NCBI GenBank assembly: GCA_964247055.1
Contig: OZ176054.1
Location: 9,052,001 to 9,116,000, forward strand
Length of the DNA: 64,000 bases
Reading direction: 5' to 3'
Source of the DNA: Paragordius varius
Lineage: Eukaryota > Animalia > Nematomorpha
Positions 1 through 15,234 of this stretch are shown here, one piece after another. The position numbers and the translations under genes were made by a program. Within the stretch, counting starts at the first letter, position 1; every line of letters begins with the position of its first letter. The notes under the pieces are model-generated. The model was given only the letters and a program-made list of their open reading frames with translations. It searched no databases and had not been told where the DNA came from.

Positions 1-12
1 ATTCAATTTTAG

Positions 13-1051
13 ACGATGTTAGATACAGAGGATGTTGAAAAAAATCCATTTACCATAAGCCAATTATCAGTAGCCGATTCTGTAGAAAGTGACCAAATTC
101 ATTCCATCAAAGTAAATGTGCGTCTCAATATAAAATCAATCGAAAGGTTACAAAGTTTCCCAAAATACCGCATTATTATATTCAGTCCTTTAAACGAACA
201 AATTGAATATTTAACGGTGTACGTTGATTGGAATAGCCTCTATTCAAGTAATTTATATGTTTTATATTAACCAAGGATTATAACCGGGATAGCTTTTTAT
301 AGCCGTTTACAGAACCGAAACAAAGGTTCCTAACACTTAAAAAATAATATTTCTAATCTCAACTTATTTCAGTTTTTATTATAATTTCTTTGCGATTATA
401 ATAATTAAATTTTCCAAAAATCAGCCATAAATTACAGTTTATATGGCATTCAATTTTAACAATTAACGGCGATTTTAGAACTTTTTTAGTTAAAAAGTGA
501 TTAAACCGGATTGCGAAATCATATCCGAAATTTTTTTATAAAAAACCTTTTTTGATTATTAACTATAGACTTTTAAATAATGCTTCATGAAATATACGGT
601 TCTTTAGATGTTAACCACCCAAGCGAAGAAAATGAATTTAATATATTTGATGTATCAACGAATCTCAGCAACTTTTTCAAGTACTTAATTGATTCCTATT
701 ACATGTGGTTGAAATGGTTCAGTATTTTCCTATTTTCCATTATATTGGCCTTCATAGGTTAATTTTGCCAATTATTTTTATATAATAGCATGGCATATTT
801 TATTCGTAGACAATGGTATAATGGCCATATTTTATCCCAGAGATATGCAAAAACCCAAAATAATATATAGTATTCATTATATCGTAATGTTAGATAAATC
901 ACCAAACCAAAAAATGTATCTTAATAGATCCATTAATGATACTTACAGATTTAATAATAGTTCTCAACCAACACCATTTGATCCAAAATCCACAAGGTTA
1001 TGGAGTTTAGGTATATATTTGGTACAATTTAATTTGATTGTAGGTAATTGA
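13..1051 (+). CDS. 3' end of a single-pass membrane protein gene, possibly nucleoporin gp210/NUP210 (partial)
   Basis: Phase-consistent GT-AG exons 13-250, 608-757, 789-815, 894-1051 give a luminal stretch, a hydrophobic helix (YYMWLKWFSIFLFSIILAFI) and a short tail with SP/TP sites ending RLWSL, recalling the gp210 tail (..GLWSP..). Identity is inferred from topology plus this short motif only. Confidence 0.35.
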
Positions 1052-1160
1052 AAACACCGTTGTTGATTTGAAATCTCACAACGTTATGTTTTGTATATAA
1101 TAATAATAATTTATTATTAACTAGTAAAATAAATAATTTATCTATTATATAAATGCTTTT

Positions 1161-4100
1161 CTAATTATTTGGATAGTTAAATGGCCTCTGTACTTCGTGC
1201 CATATACATTTTTGCTGTTCTTGTTCAATAATATGCAAAAGGTCTTCACAAATGCTTGATAAATTCATGTTGGAAGGAATGTAAGCTATAAAATATTGAT
1301 TAATTTCGTAAATTTACTTTGAACTAGAGAATGGAGCAAAGGATTTGATGATTTGTTCAAAAAGTGTACAATTTGTTTACTATTTTTATATTCAATCATT
1401 GTTTCGGTGAAATTGTATTGACGGTTAATTATACTTGTATAATCCCTATTAATTAATTAAGTCAAGCAAACTTCCATTGCTTTGCATTCTTGAATTTAAT
1501 TAAGACACAGATTGGAAAAATATCTACTTCACACAATTTTTCTATTGCTTCCACACTAATGTCTAAAAGGGTGTGAGCTGTTTTCTAAACATATAATAAA
1601 TATCATAATGTGAATATTGTTGCAAATTTATGATTATCTTAAAAAGGAGTATACCTGATTTTTGAGAGTTTTGACATGATCCAGGGATATGTACTCAAAA
1701 AACGTTCCACATTTTTTATAATCAATATAGATATTATCTTGTAAGCCTTGAGCCATCATTTTTGGCGAGCATTTCATTAACTCTCCATCAAAATGTATAA
1801 ATTTATATGGCCACAATTCACATAATTGATCCATAATTTTTTTGTGTAATGGTCCACACAAAATGATGGGCCGTTGATAATAAACTAAAGCAAACATGAT
1901 TGTTTAGTTCTCAAAAATTAAACAATATACAGTGCATTCTTCCCCGATTGTGGGAAAAATACGTGGGTTATTATCCGCATCAGACCCTTTTTAAAAAATA
2001 ATAATTTAACAATAAAAAATTTTAAATGATATAAAATATATAGTAGAAAATTAATTAATAAGTGAAGATATTTATGTTCACTTTTTACTCATTATAAGGT
2101 TCCATAAGGCCCATAAACTTTGAAATTTGTCGGAAAGTGTCTTTAACTTTTAACTATTATAACTAAAAAATATGGCCTAAAATCAAAAAGGTCCATAATA
2201 ATCAGCATGATCTAATTACTAAAACGCGCTGTTTATATTAAAAAAGGCTTAATAAAAGGGTCGACTATATACACAATAATTTTTCAATGACATTTACTTT
2301 CAATTTTTTTCAAGTATGTATATTGGTATTGACCATCATTGGATTTATTGGTTAGCAATTGTTTATTTTCACTTAATGGTTCATAAACACTCAATAGTTT
2401 TTGTATGTTAAAACTTAATCCCAATTTTTTGCCAAACGTTTGACTCCTAAATCTCTGATTGACTGTTGTGTTTGCACTATTACTGCACATTTGTGAATCT
2501 TTTGATTTGTCGACCTCTTGTTCCAACATATTATCAATCGAATACCTTCGAGGCATAGTAAAAACGGATGATGAATTTAAGCCTTTGGCCGTTTGGTAAA
2601 TGGTGGAATTAGGCCTGCTATTTGAACTATTTTTGCGAGAAATAGTGTCGTCAAAATGTAGGGGAGGTCTTACCTTTTTGCGGTAATCACAAAGTTTAAT
2701 CGTGGGATCATTATCTTTTGAGACAAATTGTGCACTCACAGACCAAACCATTAAACTAAATCAATGAAATATTATCAATCTTACGTAATTTTAGTAAAAT
2801 GAATATTAATTTCTTATCAAAAATATTAAATTAGACGGACAAAAATTAAAAAATACATGTTAACTCGAAAATAACCCTGAAATAATTTGAAAAAAAATTA
2901 CGTGAAATCGCTGGGTATATATTCATAAGTTATTTTTTTCCCTCTTTCATCAAGTTTCCACGCATTCCAGTACCCTAATTTACCGTGGGGCATAGTATTG
3001 TTTACTAAAAATACGTCTCCTTTACAAAATTCAAATGGGGTAAAACCCATAAAACTTTTGGCATCAATAGATTCAAACATAACTTTGATGAAAAATTTGT
3101 CACCTAAAATGGATTAAATTTATTTAATGTACCATTTTCCACAGTGTTTTCAATCAAAGGATTAATTTTATTTTGCATCAGTAAGGATACGTATCTATAA
3201 CGACCCAATTCCATTACACATCTCTCAAGGGTAAAGTTTTTAACAGACATATTATTTATCTACGATAATTAAGCAATGTCCTTACTTCCAAAATTTGATC
3301 ACATAACTCTTCACAATTACTACCATGGTTATCGTTATTGTATACATTTTTGATGTATAATCCTTTAGCATTGCCACCGTAAACTTGTAAGCCCAATTGC
3401 ATAAAATTGTGTTGATATATTTCGATATTGTCTTTAACTAAGTAGGACGGTTGCAAATAATTGGTATTGTTCAAATGAACCAATTTGGTGTGAGAAGATT
3501 GCGTTTCCCACAAAGAAGAAACATTCATTATGGAGTTTCTAGTATCTCTACTATTTTTCGTAATCATAGCCTTATAATTACCTAATGGATCTTGAATGTT
3601 ATGTGAAGGGTCACCGCCATTGACGGACACATTATTAGTTTTACGGTAAAGGTAGTAGGGAGAAACCCAGCTTTGACCATTTTGATTTGTAACGTTGAAA
3701 TTGGTTGAATCAATACTGCTAAGGTCATTGGAAAGGGCGCTAAGATTTAATGAATGTCTCTTCTGATATTCATATTGTTTTGGAATGTAATCTATAAAAA
3801 ACAATGGTGTAATAATGAATCACATATTTTAATATTTGATATCACAAAAAATTAAAGTCGGATTATGATCCAAATAAACGCTTCAATCAATATTTAATAC
3901 TTAAAATTTAGTGCCAATTCTAGATTTAAAGCTCTAGTTTATTTTGCTATAGAAAAATTAGTTTTTTTATATGTTCAAAAGCATTTACTTTCTGAAAATA
4001 ATTTTTTAATATTTAATATATTTATATGAATGTATCCGCATCATTTTTTCCTTTGCTATAATATTAAATAAATATATGATTAGTGAATAAGCGATATTAG

Positions 4101-7100
4101 CATACTAGGATTGTACTGGGTTAAAACAGTTATGCAATCTCCACAATTTCGCAATACGTTTGCTGCCAGAGAATAGGAAACATTCCGCAAATTAATGCCA
4201 CATATTTCTAACAATTGATCACCTATACGTAATCCAGCCAATTGGGCCAAGCTATTTTCATCCACGTGTGAAATAAAGATACCACCGTTTTTATCTTCAG
4301 AATTCTAAGCAAATTAAATAATTTATGTAAAATAATTTATATATACTACAATTTATTCCGATATCTTATATAACCAAATAAACATAGTTGAGTTTAAGAA
4401 TATATACCAATAAAACGTGCCATCACTCATGATGAAAAGTAATAAAAAGCCCTGTTTAATTATTGTTTAATGGGCTGTTTTATCGATGTGTGATTTAAAA
4501 ATTTAGTTACTAAACCCTTGAATATTTGGATTTGATAAATTAAAATAATTTTGAAAATCAGGTCATTTGTCAGACTGCTAATACACATACGTCTTGCAAA
4601 ACCTACCTTGTATCTTATAGTTGTTTTCAATACACGGTGTCTTTTCAACTAGAATAATTATAACCAATATTGTCAGCTTATGAGTTAATAAATTAACTAA
4701 TTGCATTTTCTCATAGTATATACCGAATGTTAGTTTTACAATATCCAAACATTCCCCTATGGTACATCAATTAAGGAATCGTGCTATCAACACTCCATTA
4801 CTTTTGGGGTAGTTTTATATCCCTGATCAATTAATGAATATTTTAAAAAGTGTTGAAACTATTAAACCAAATTTAAAAATATGAAATTATTTTTTAAAAA
4901 TTGTAAAAAATCCTTATTTTTTGCCGCCATTTTTTCTATATTTTTTTTAAATCGCTAATTCAACAGGCAAAATGTATATATGGTTAAAAAATGTAAATAA
5001 TTAACTATAAAAAGCTTTTATGCTACATTTTACCAGAAAAAACTTGATATATTTTGATCATAATATCAGCTGTTCGTTTCAATCGTGTTTTGAAACTGCC
5101 CCAATGTTAGAATCTAGAAGTCACAAAACTGTAAAAATATAAGCTTTTATATCTAATACATGAGAACTGTTTGATAATTAGATTTTAACTAAAATAACTT
5201 TCAAAAATATCGTTTATCTACAAAATTGAGCTCTTGAAAATAAAACTACCCCAAAAAACTAGGATAAAAAAATGAAAATTGTTATAAAGTTTTAAAACCT
5301 TAACAGATAATATATGATCTCTGTACCTTAAATAAAAAATAAGAATTAAATTTACTTCACATGGTACACATTCAATTTGTATTCCTAGCGGTTCAGTGCT
5401 TTTATTGATGACTACACTTCTCACTTCTGCAAAACATTATAATAAATTAAATTCAATATTACCTTCTTGTTTGACCAATGTAATTGGGTTATATTTCATA
5501 TAGCGCTATAAATTATAATAATTATTATACGTTTGATTTTGGTTTCTTTACATATTCAACTTTATCAATGGTTTTCCAAAGTGAAATAGCATTAATAGTT
5601 TTTGATTTATTGCTCATCAATTTAGTTTTAAAAGTAGAACTTTTAATATTGCCGAATACAGTAGAATAAACATGTTTAGTGTGAGATTTTGATTCAGAAC
5701 CTAAAATATTAATTTATTTTCATGATATTGATGAAAAAAAATAAATTATCAAATAAACTTTATACCGTGGGAAAGATTTTCAGAATTATCCAAGTCAAGA
5801 AAAGATTCACCCTTAACATTGATTGCGTTTTGATTATTACTAATTTTAGATTCGTTGTTAATATCCGATGATTTTATGGAACTTGGTGTCCACCAGCCAA
5901 GTATTGATCTCCGCTCTTTAACATCTTTCCTTTTTAACCCCAACTCTTTGCATGCAGAACCAAAAGTTAAAAACTTATTGGGAATTTTACAATTATAGGA
6001 GGAAGAGGCCTGTGGGTATTGATTGGTCGATGAAAATTTTAGGGAATTTATAGTATGTTTTAAACTTGAAGGCTTCCATGATTGACCAAAGAGTTGCAAA
6101 GGATAATGTGTGGTACATTTAAAACTACTTCCATACTTGTCTTGTAACGATTTAAATCGCATATTAGATTTAGATGCTGGTGAAATCATAGTTTTTAAAG
6201 GCTTCAATCTATTGGAATTTATTCGTAATTGGTTACACGATTTTGTTTTAGGCCAGGAAAAGGCTTTATTATGATTGTATCGTTGGGGACATTTTTCTTT
6301 ACTAATATCCGAATTTGCAAAATCCAAAACATTATCCAAAGTTTCGATAGTTTCTTTTTCGTCCTTAGTCAAGTTGTGCAAATCGTGACGCTTTTGCGAT
6401 GCAGAGTCCAGGGATGTGGTAAAATATCTTGATACACTACCTGAAACCTTTTTATGAAGTTTTTTGTTAAATTTCTCAAGGTATTGGTCTAACTTATTGG
6501 TAATTCGTATGTATTTTGATTCTTTTGGTTTGTTGGAATGTAATTCAAACGACGAATTGATATCTTCCATATCGAACGAGGAATTAAATAAAGAAGGATG
6601 ATAGGATGAAGTTTTATAGGATTCATCACATGACAAAGGAATGGTATAATCAATGTATTTGGTATTCATCTGGGGTTTGGGAGTGTTGGGCACATATTTA
6701 AGTGTTGTTAATTTTGATTTAAATAGGGTTGGTAAATTTGTTTTTGCAACTGTCATAAAATATCTTTGAGCAGATGAACCCAATTTGTTTTCCGATTTTA
6801 CACTGGTATTATTTTTGGTTAGGGAAACTATCCTATCACCAACTCGTATAAATGTATCCCTACTACAAAATATGGAACTGGGCTCAATGTGTTTAATAAA
6901 TATGCCGGAACAAAAATCAATACCTACACTCTTAGTATCCCGCATATATGATACAGTGTATAAAAAATTTTCTTTAATGTTTTGTTCATCAAGTTTACGT
7001 TTGAGCCAAATAAAAACACTATTTTGCGTTGATTCTTGCAATATATTGCTCATGAATTGATTAATTTGCTCCCCATTCTCCCGATTAATTACGTGGTCAT

Positions 7101-10100
7101 TAATTTTTAAAACAATGTCAAAAGCTTTAACACGGCCAAAAAAGATTGAAGCAGACGAAACTTTGTTAATTAAAAGTTGGTATTCATTATCATAACTATT
7201 ATGGTGTTTAAATTCAATGCCAATATCTTCTGGGTCTATTTTTTTGTCAAAAATATATTGTATTATTTCATACTGCCAAAACAATTTATTATCATCATCG
7301 TCAACAGTGTTGGGTATTGAGGATTTCCAGTCATCCCGCATGAATGGTGGACATACTTCGTTACGTAATTTCATAAACGCATTTTTATAATAATCTCGTT
7401 CATATACCAAATTATCATAGAAACTTTTATTTACAAGTTCGGCATTTTCTTTTGTTTCAAAAGTTTCACCCTCTACTTCATCCACTGATAACGTATCCCG
7501 ATTTAATATGGAACCCCGATCAGGATTAATTGAATCCTTATTATTTCCGTTTCTGTATGTCTGTTTGGAATCTTGCACAATTTTAGAATTCATATTAATA
7601 ATTTCATTATTTTGTACATCTAAGCACTTATTTTTTAGGATGTAATCATTATACTTATTTTTCCAATTTTCCATTCCATCAATTAAAGTATGACGTTCAG
7701 CTACATATTCTTCATGCTTGTTCTTGTAATTTGTCAATTCGAAATTAACATCTTGAAAACTTTTCAGTAATTCATTGTATTTTGCATTTGCTGTATTTAA
7801 CTCATCTTGTAACTTATCAATTTCACGATGAACCGTATCCCTTTCTGCCATAATGAGTGTGTATTCCTGTACTGCGGCATTCCTTTCATAAACCTTTTTT
7901 TCGCTATCTTTGGCAGATTTGATATGTAAAGCTAATGCGTGATTCATTTCTTTTATTGCTTCATCTCTTTGTTGTGCAACTTTGTTCAATTGTTCTTTCA
8001 TATTTTTCAATTCTGTGCAATAAGATTCATATTTATGATTGAGTACTGTTACATGTTGTTTGATTGCAAAATTTTCTCGTAATAAATGACTTTTTTCATT
8101 TAATGCAATATCCAAATTATTTTTGATTCTGGCAGATTCATTTTCAATGCGTAGCAGTGTTGTATCATATGAGGTTGAAAGTTCCGTATACTTTTTCCGT
8201 AAAGTTTCGTGGTCGCGTTTAATACGTTCATACTTTTCCAGTGCGGTGTCATACATTTTGCTAAGGAGCTCGCTTGAGCCACTGCTCAAAGATATATATT
8301 TTTCTTTGGAATGGTATGGTACAAATATTGGAGCGTGTGAAGAATTGTTTAAGAGATTACTCTCCCCAGGTACGTAAGGGTAAGGCAGTTCTGTTACATT
8401 ATGAAACGGTGCAAAATGCGTATTGTATGACGACACCATAGCAGAAGACATTGTAGGACATTCAAAAGTATTATTATTATTCATAGAATGTGGATGATCA
8501 ACTCCTCTTGTGGCGACGGGATTATTTGGTTTTTGAACCAATGAAATAAGATGGGAATGTGAACTGGAAGCCGTACTGCTACATTGATAAAAACCCGAAG
8601 AATATGAGGACGAAGAAAGAGATGAGAAAAGAGGAACGCCATCGGTATTCATAAACAGACCCGATACTGTAGTAGTTATGCCTCCTCCGGACAAAAAATC
8701 AACCTCATAGGCGCTACAACAGGTTGAGAATGGTGCTGCTACTAAGCCAACCACACCATCTCTCATACTTCCGTTGTATTCAGTGGCAAAAATGGTTGAT
8801 GTGGTAACCGTATCATCAGATTTATTTTGTTCACAACCAGCTTGATGTATAGGCGGTTCAAGCATTAACCGTGGAAAATGCATTAAATGGTCTTGGCTGG
8901 AATAATAGTTGGTGGCTGAATATTCATTATTATTGCTTACATGGGATATATTTAGGCCATAATCTAAGGATGGTATAGTGTGGGGAGTTTGATTTGATGT
9001 AGCTAGTGTGTTCGGTATCAAATGTATATATCTACGGGTATAGGTATCGATTAACAAATCATTGCTGCTATTATTATTTGTACTGCAAGTGGTAAAATCT
9101 TTGATTCTATACTTTAACGCATCACTAATATCCAATTTATTATCATTCTCAATTAGTGACCTTGATGGGGTAAAACTACCTCCTTTCACCGATTCAGACA
9201 TTAAATTATTTTTATTACTTGTGAAGGATGAAGAGGGAAAAAAATCAAACGATTCGGAATTATTTATAAGAAGGGGTGTGTTTTGAAACAAAGGCTCGAT
9301 TTTTTGAGTGAAATTAGAATCTATGTCATATAAATCCTGGATTTTACCTTCATTTGGGATGGAGTAATTTAGGTAAGAGTAAAAATTTCGGAAATCGGCA
9401 GGTTGTCGGTGCGTTGACTCATGGAAAATGTCATTACACCCATAATCATTAGGATGAGTACATGTAAGAGCCTCAGTGTAACGTACATTATTGTGATTGT
9501 AATTTAAAACGTTGTTACTATAACAACATTGTGGTATGGATCTTTGAATAACATGATCTGTATCCTATAAAAAATTATTACATGCGAAAATATAATTTAT
9601 ATTATATAAATAAAGAAATGATAGATAGGAAGAGAGTACAATAATAATGCATAAAAAATTAAAAAATTATAAAATATATCATCAATCTGAATTTACCTTA
9701 CAGCAGCTGACGTTTAAATACGGTAGCAATAACACATCAGAGGCGTTGTGATGAAAGCGAGAAAACGCGAATTTGGAGCTTTGTGCTAAAAATAAATGGC
9801 ATGATGCATATATGTGTATATTTATATATGTACGTTACAAAAGACACCATTCACTTCGCTTCATTATACGTTTTTATATATACGTTTTATGGCAGCAATA
9901 ACAAAAGGTATACAACAGTCCAACAGTAAGGAAAACGAAAAATGGTATGATCACACATATTCGGTCAATGACATATTAATGTAATTAAAATATTACATGT
10001 TTACACGAATGCTCTAGCTTTTATCCTGTTTTACAACGGTGAGACAAATACGGATGGATAATAATAATTAAAAATGTGATGTGATGCGATATAGAGTGCA

Positions 10101-10885
10101 TGTATAAACTCCATCCAAAAAATATTTTTGTGTTAAAATTAATGAGATATTTCTCCGTTTTAGCGGAACAAAAAGATAAATCAGTCGTTTTAAACCAGCG
10201 ATGGGACAAGGCAAAATTTAAATCTGTGTATGTACAAGGAAGCGATAATAAATTGCAAGGTTAAATTATATATTATATATTGTATATTGCAAAAAAATCA
10301 TTGAAAAAAAAACAAATTTCGGTAGCGAAATAAATTTAGACGTAGTGTAGTATCTATCCTATACTACTATCTTACCTACTATATACCATTTATTTCCCAT
10401 TACATTTAATTATTACGATATATTTAGTAGATGATCTGATATATCTATCCAACCTTTTACACGCTGTGCCCCTTGCCTTGCCTCATATATGTATATACAC
10501 ACCAATTTTTTTCATACCTTGTAATTTCATTTCATTTCAATTTATGAGATAAATAATATAAAAAAAGATAAATAATCATCTGAATATAACAAATTTCAAA
10601 CGAAAAAAAGGTACAACAGGTAGTAAAAAACCTATCCTACGCATGTGTCTGCCTACAATGTTTCATGAAGCTTGCTAATAATAATTATTATGCTAAATAA
10701 ACCTCAAATGACGACAACATATTAAGGTATGTATGGATATATATAAAAGCAAAATTAGGCTATCCATTTTTTTGTTTAAAATTTTTTTGGGATAATATAA
10801 TTATTCAAACAAAATTGAGATATTATTTGAATATGTAAAAACTATAACTTCAAAATAAACAACAATTATTATATTTGGAATTACC

Positions 10886-10916
<31 letters not shown>

Positions 10917-13900
10917 GTTATACCTGTAAGACACATAGATACATTTAAAAACATAAAAGAAAAAATGCCGAAAAATAAAACAAGGTATTATTAAAGAAAA
11001 ATTAGATCAACACAGAGTTAAAGAGCGGTAACATAAGATATAAAGAGTTTGACCGTAATTACAAGTATTTTACTTCCATTTTGAACCCTAAAAATAATTA
11101 TTTTAAACAACATCGGTAATGGGATTTATACCGCTAGTACAATTATTTAAATATAGAATAATAAAAATGGAAAAAAATCAAAGTGAACTTCTTATTTAAA
11201 TTGGGGTAGAGAATCCCAATAAAAATATTTTTAAATAGACCTAACATTATAAAATATAACCTTTAATAAAATGTAAAAAATGATGAGCATAGAATATCCA
11301 TAGAAAACACTTTGGGGTATTTTTTGTCATATGTAATCCTCTGAAATTATATCAAACTAAAAGTTAATTTACTTATCTAATTATCAAACACAGTTTTAGT
11401 TGAACTGTATAAAATTTAAAATATATCCAATAAACACATAGCTGATTTTTAAAAGTGGGTCGACTTTGTAAACAGAATCTAATAAAATGCACTTTATGTA
11501 AATGAAATTAATTTCTTTACCCCATATATTATCTTCAGTTTTTTAGTAGTTCACAAAATTCGGAAAATACATTCGATGGAAAAAAATGAGATGAGGATTT
11601 TACATTTTTTATTTTTTCAATTACGCCTTAATTACATATTTTATTAAACCATGTCCAATATCATCGTTACGGCGTGTTTAAATTCATGATTGTTCTGAAG
11701 TAAACAACTAACCCAAAATCAAGTGAAATGTTAACATGATTAATATTATAAACTAATGCGTTCATTTTTATGTTATGCGTGTGATTATGCCTCAAATCTT
11801 GAAACTGCACAATTTGTCAATTATCAGCAGCCTAAAGCAAGCGAATGTTCAACATAAAAACGACTTTAAGTGTATATTTTAAAGTTTACACATAGAGCGA
11901 TTAATTTTGATGTCCAATTATTACCTTTTGTGAAACCTACATTCCGAAAAATATCTGAGAGAAAGAATCACCTTTAAAAGAAATAAATGCAAAATATGGA
12001 AATACCAAACAGTTGATTGTCAATAATTTGGGGTTAGTAATTTAAAACATTAAAAATTTAATATCCAATATATTATTAGAAATGAAACCAAAAATATTTA
12101 TTTATAAGCATATTTTACTTTAGGTATATTATGTAAAATAAAAGTCTAGGAAAGGTCCGTAAAAGTCTACAACAAAATTTATTAAAGACTTAGATAAAAA
12201 TATGAATTAAGGTAAACTATGGAAGTTATTTTCGACATCGTAAAGATGCAGTTTCAAAGTAAAAGAAATACAATCGAATTTCCATCCACAAGGACACACT
12301 TTTAAAGAGTTAATTCTAATCCCTGTAATCATGATGGTAAGTGTTGAGGCGGTCTAACAAACTATAAATGAATCCTACGATATCAATATTAATAATCACG
12401 GTGAAAAATGTTTATAATCATTCTGTACGGAAATGGGGTGTGGGTAATAAAAGAAAATTATGATGCCCTAAGGAAAATATCAAAGATTGGAAAACGGAAT
12501 ATAATTTTATTCCGGTTCCATAGAATTTTTTAGTGAAATGTCGAATAAGGTTTCGTCTATATGTATAATGAATAAGCAACGGTTATGTTTTGACAAAACG
12601 GTTCGGTATTCCCCCCTAAAAAACAGGCTGTGTTCATTAGAAAGAAAAGTTTGGACATATTTGAGAATATTTACTTGTGAAGGTTTTTGACCTTTCAAAA
12701 ATAATACCGATTCAAAAGCAATCTTAAAAAAATAAAATCCCTTTCTTTCAAGGTAAACATATAATTTAAATAGGTCGGTATATTCGAATTAATCATATTA
12801 GCCTAAAAATGTCATTTCTTCCAACTTTAATCGATAAGATTGATCATTTATTTTAGGATTCGATACAATTTAGCAAATATGAAAACATATAGGATAAGCG
12901 ATACCCCTTTAAATTTAATAAAATAAACGTGTGTATTTTAAGATCAAAAATAATAAAGTAATAAACGTTAAAAAATATTTAACAATTTTGACAGTTATTC
13001 TATTTTGCCCAAAAAAACCGTTACTCTTCTAGTTTTTGTAAATAATAGCTAAATTGCGATAAATTCCTCAAAAATAAAATAATAATAATTAAGTAGAGAA
13101 ACTTTTTAAGTGTCATTGATGGTTGTATTCAATTGTAATTAAGAATAATGTTTTCAACCGAACATTTTTCTAAAGCAAAGATAACTTTCAAGCAAACACA
13201 ACATTTTTTCGAGCAAACGCAAAATTTTTCCATTGGTATTTACTAGAAAAATGTTGCAAAAATGTTGCCTTTGACTGAAAAATGGTATTTATACAACATT
13301 GTGCGACAAAAGGTTCTTTAAAGAGTATATATACTAAATAAACCATTTGCAGCTCAAGTTGACCCTTGAACATTTCTGGTTGTTAGATATTGTGAGTTGA
13401 CTCATTATAATTTAAAAATACTAAATCAAAATTTATCTAATATCTTTATATATTCTATACTTTTTAAGAAAACATTTGTCATCCAACAAATTTTTTTACC
13501 CAACAGCATTTTCTAAATCTAGTTTTAAGCGTTAAAGGAGCAATTTGAAGTGCAAACGGCATATTCAATCAACCTTGTATGATCTGCAGATAAATTAATC
13601 CGAAAGTTGCTAACAATTAATTGGCCATCAATGGGCATTCTATAGAAATGGTAAACAATTACATCATAATAGGGAAGCTTAATAAGGAGAATTACGGACC
13701 GCTATGATCAAAACTGCCAAAATTAATTACGATAAAATTAGATATCACAAGATGACATCTTAAAATCGAAAATCCGGTTCATTAATGCAACTCTTTCCGA
13801 AAATCCGAGGAACGATTAATAAATTGTTTTGAGCAAGGGGTGTGGACAACACGATTATGAATAAAATAAACCCTAATACACGATTGGGCATGTTAATTCG

Positions 13901-15186
13901 ACCAAACTATCCTACTTTGGCCATATTATAAGTTCTAACTTTTTTGGAGAAGTCTTTGATGTTGGAAAGAGTCAGCCGATACACGAAAAAGAGGCCGCCA
14001 GAAAAGATCAGGGGTGGTAGGATAATATATGTTTAAAGAAACTAATTTTCGACAAAACTAATAAAATTGAAACTGCATTATAGAGAAATTTTAGTTACAA
14101 TATAAAAAGTCACCTTTACTGCATCAAATTCATCAATCATTAAACTGATATAAACATAACAATTATAGAAAAAATAATGCTATTAAAATACCAAAAAAAT
14201 ATTCCAGTTTTTCTTCTATTATACTAAAATCTAATAGCCGAATTTTACATTCCGATTAAAATTAATTGATTAAAGAAAGCGCATAAGCTTTTATTTGTAA
14301 CTATGAAACAAAATTTTTTTTCTCAAAACAAAATATCATCATTATCATTTTTTAAAAGCCCTTGAAACACATTTAAGTTTGTATATTAGCGGATGTGGTG
14401 AATATTTACAAATTTTGAACGAAAAAGACAAGCACATTGTGCGGATAAGATTATATTCAAAAAAAGACCCAAATTCTGAAAAAGAAATACTCTTTATAAG
14501 GAAAAAATGAATAATATTTTTGAATTCAAAGGCGTGTGTTATTAATAACATCTACGAATCTAGATTTTATGTACGAACGACATAATTCTTTTTAGATATT
14601 AAAAAGTTTGATTTTTTCTCAATGTAAACCCTTAATAATTCATGCAGCATTCATAAATATCACGGATTCAGAAGCGTAAAAACCCGCGAATGCGCTCTAA
14701 AACAATAACTTAATAAACGTATTAGTTTCATAACATTTCTTAGGGCATTTAATATTTCGCAACAAACTTCTCGATTGTGGTGCTAATATTTATAACTGAA
14801 TGTAGTATCTTTTTATATCTGAAAAAAAATAATTTTTGAAGCGAACTTTCAAAGACACAAGCGGAGTCCTGATTCATGTCCAACAAATAAAAGCTAAGAA
14901 TATTTAAGTTTAGTCATTCATCATCTTAAAAAATACCTGTTTAGAAACTAAATCCGTTTAATATTAGTATAAAATTAAATATAGGGGTATGAAACGGATT
15001 TAATCATTTAGTTTATAGTTAAAGACAATAGTAGAAACTTAAAATTATCCATAATAAAACCACAGTCAATATTAAAAATGGAGTTTATTTGCATTTTTAA
15101 TCTAACTAAACTCAGTTAAAATAGTTCATATTTTCTTCCTTTATAATGTTAGATAATTTAAAAAGTTTTAAAACAAATAATTCATA

Positions 15187-15234
<48 letters not shown>

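Noticed and set aside
1930-1985. GC-richer segment as an extra DLG5 exon (RSDADNNPRIFPTIGEECT)
   Set aside because: It enters in phase 1 but leaves in phase 0, breaking the GuK frame; direct splicing 2298>1884 fits DLG5.
6229-9286. Plus-strand ORFs overlapping the DLG5 giant exon
   Set aside because: Antisense shadows of real coding sequence; the same applies to minus ORFs over the ZP gene and most 60-130-aa I/F/L/K-rich ORFs in AT-rich DNA.
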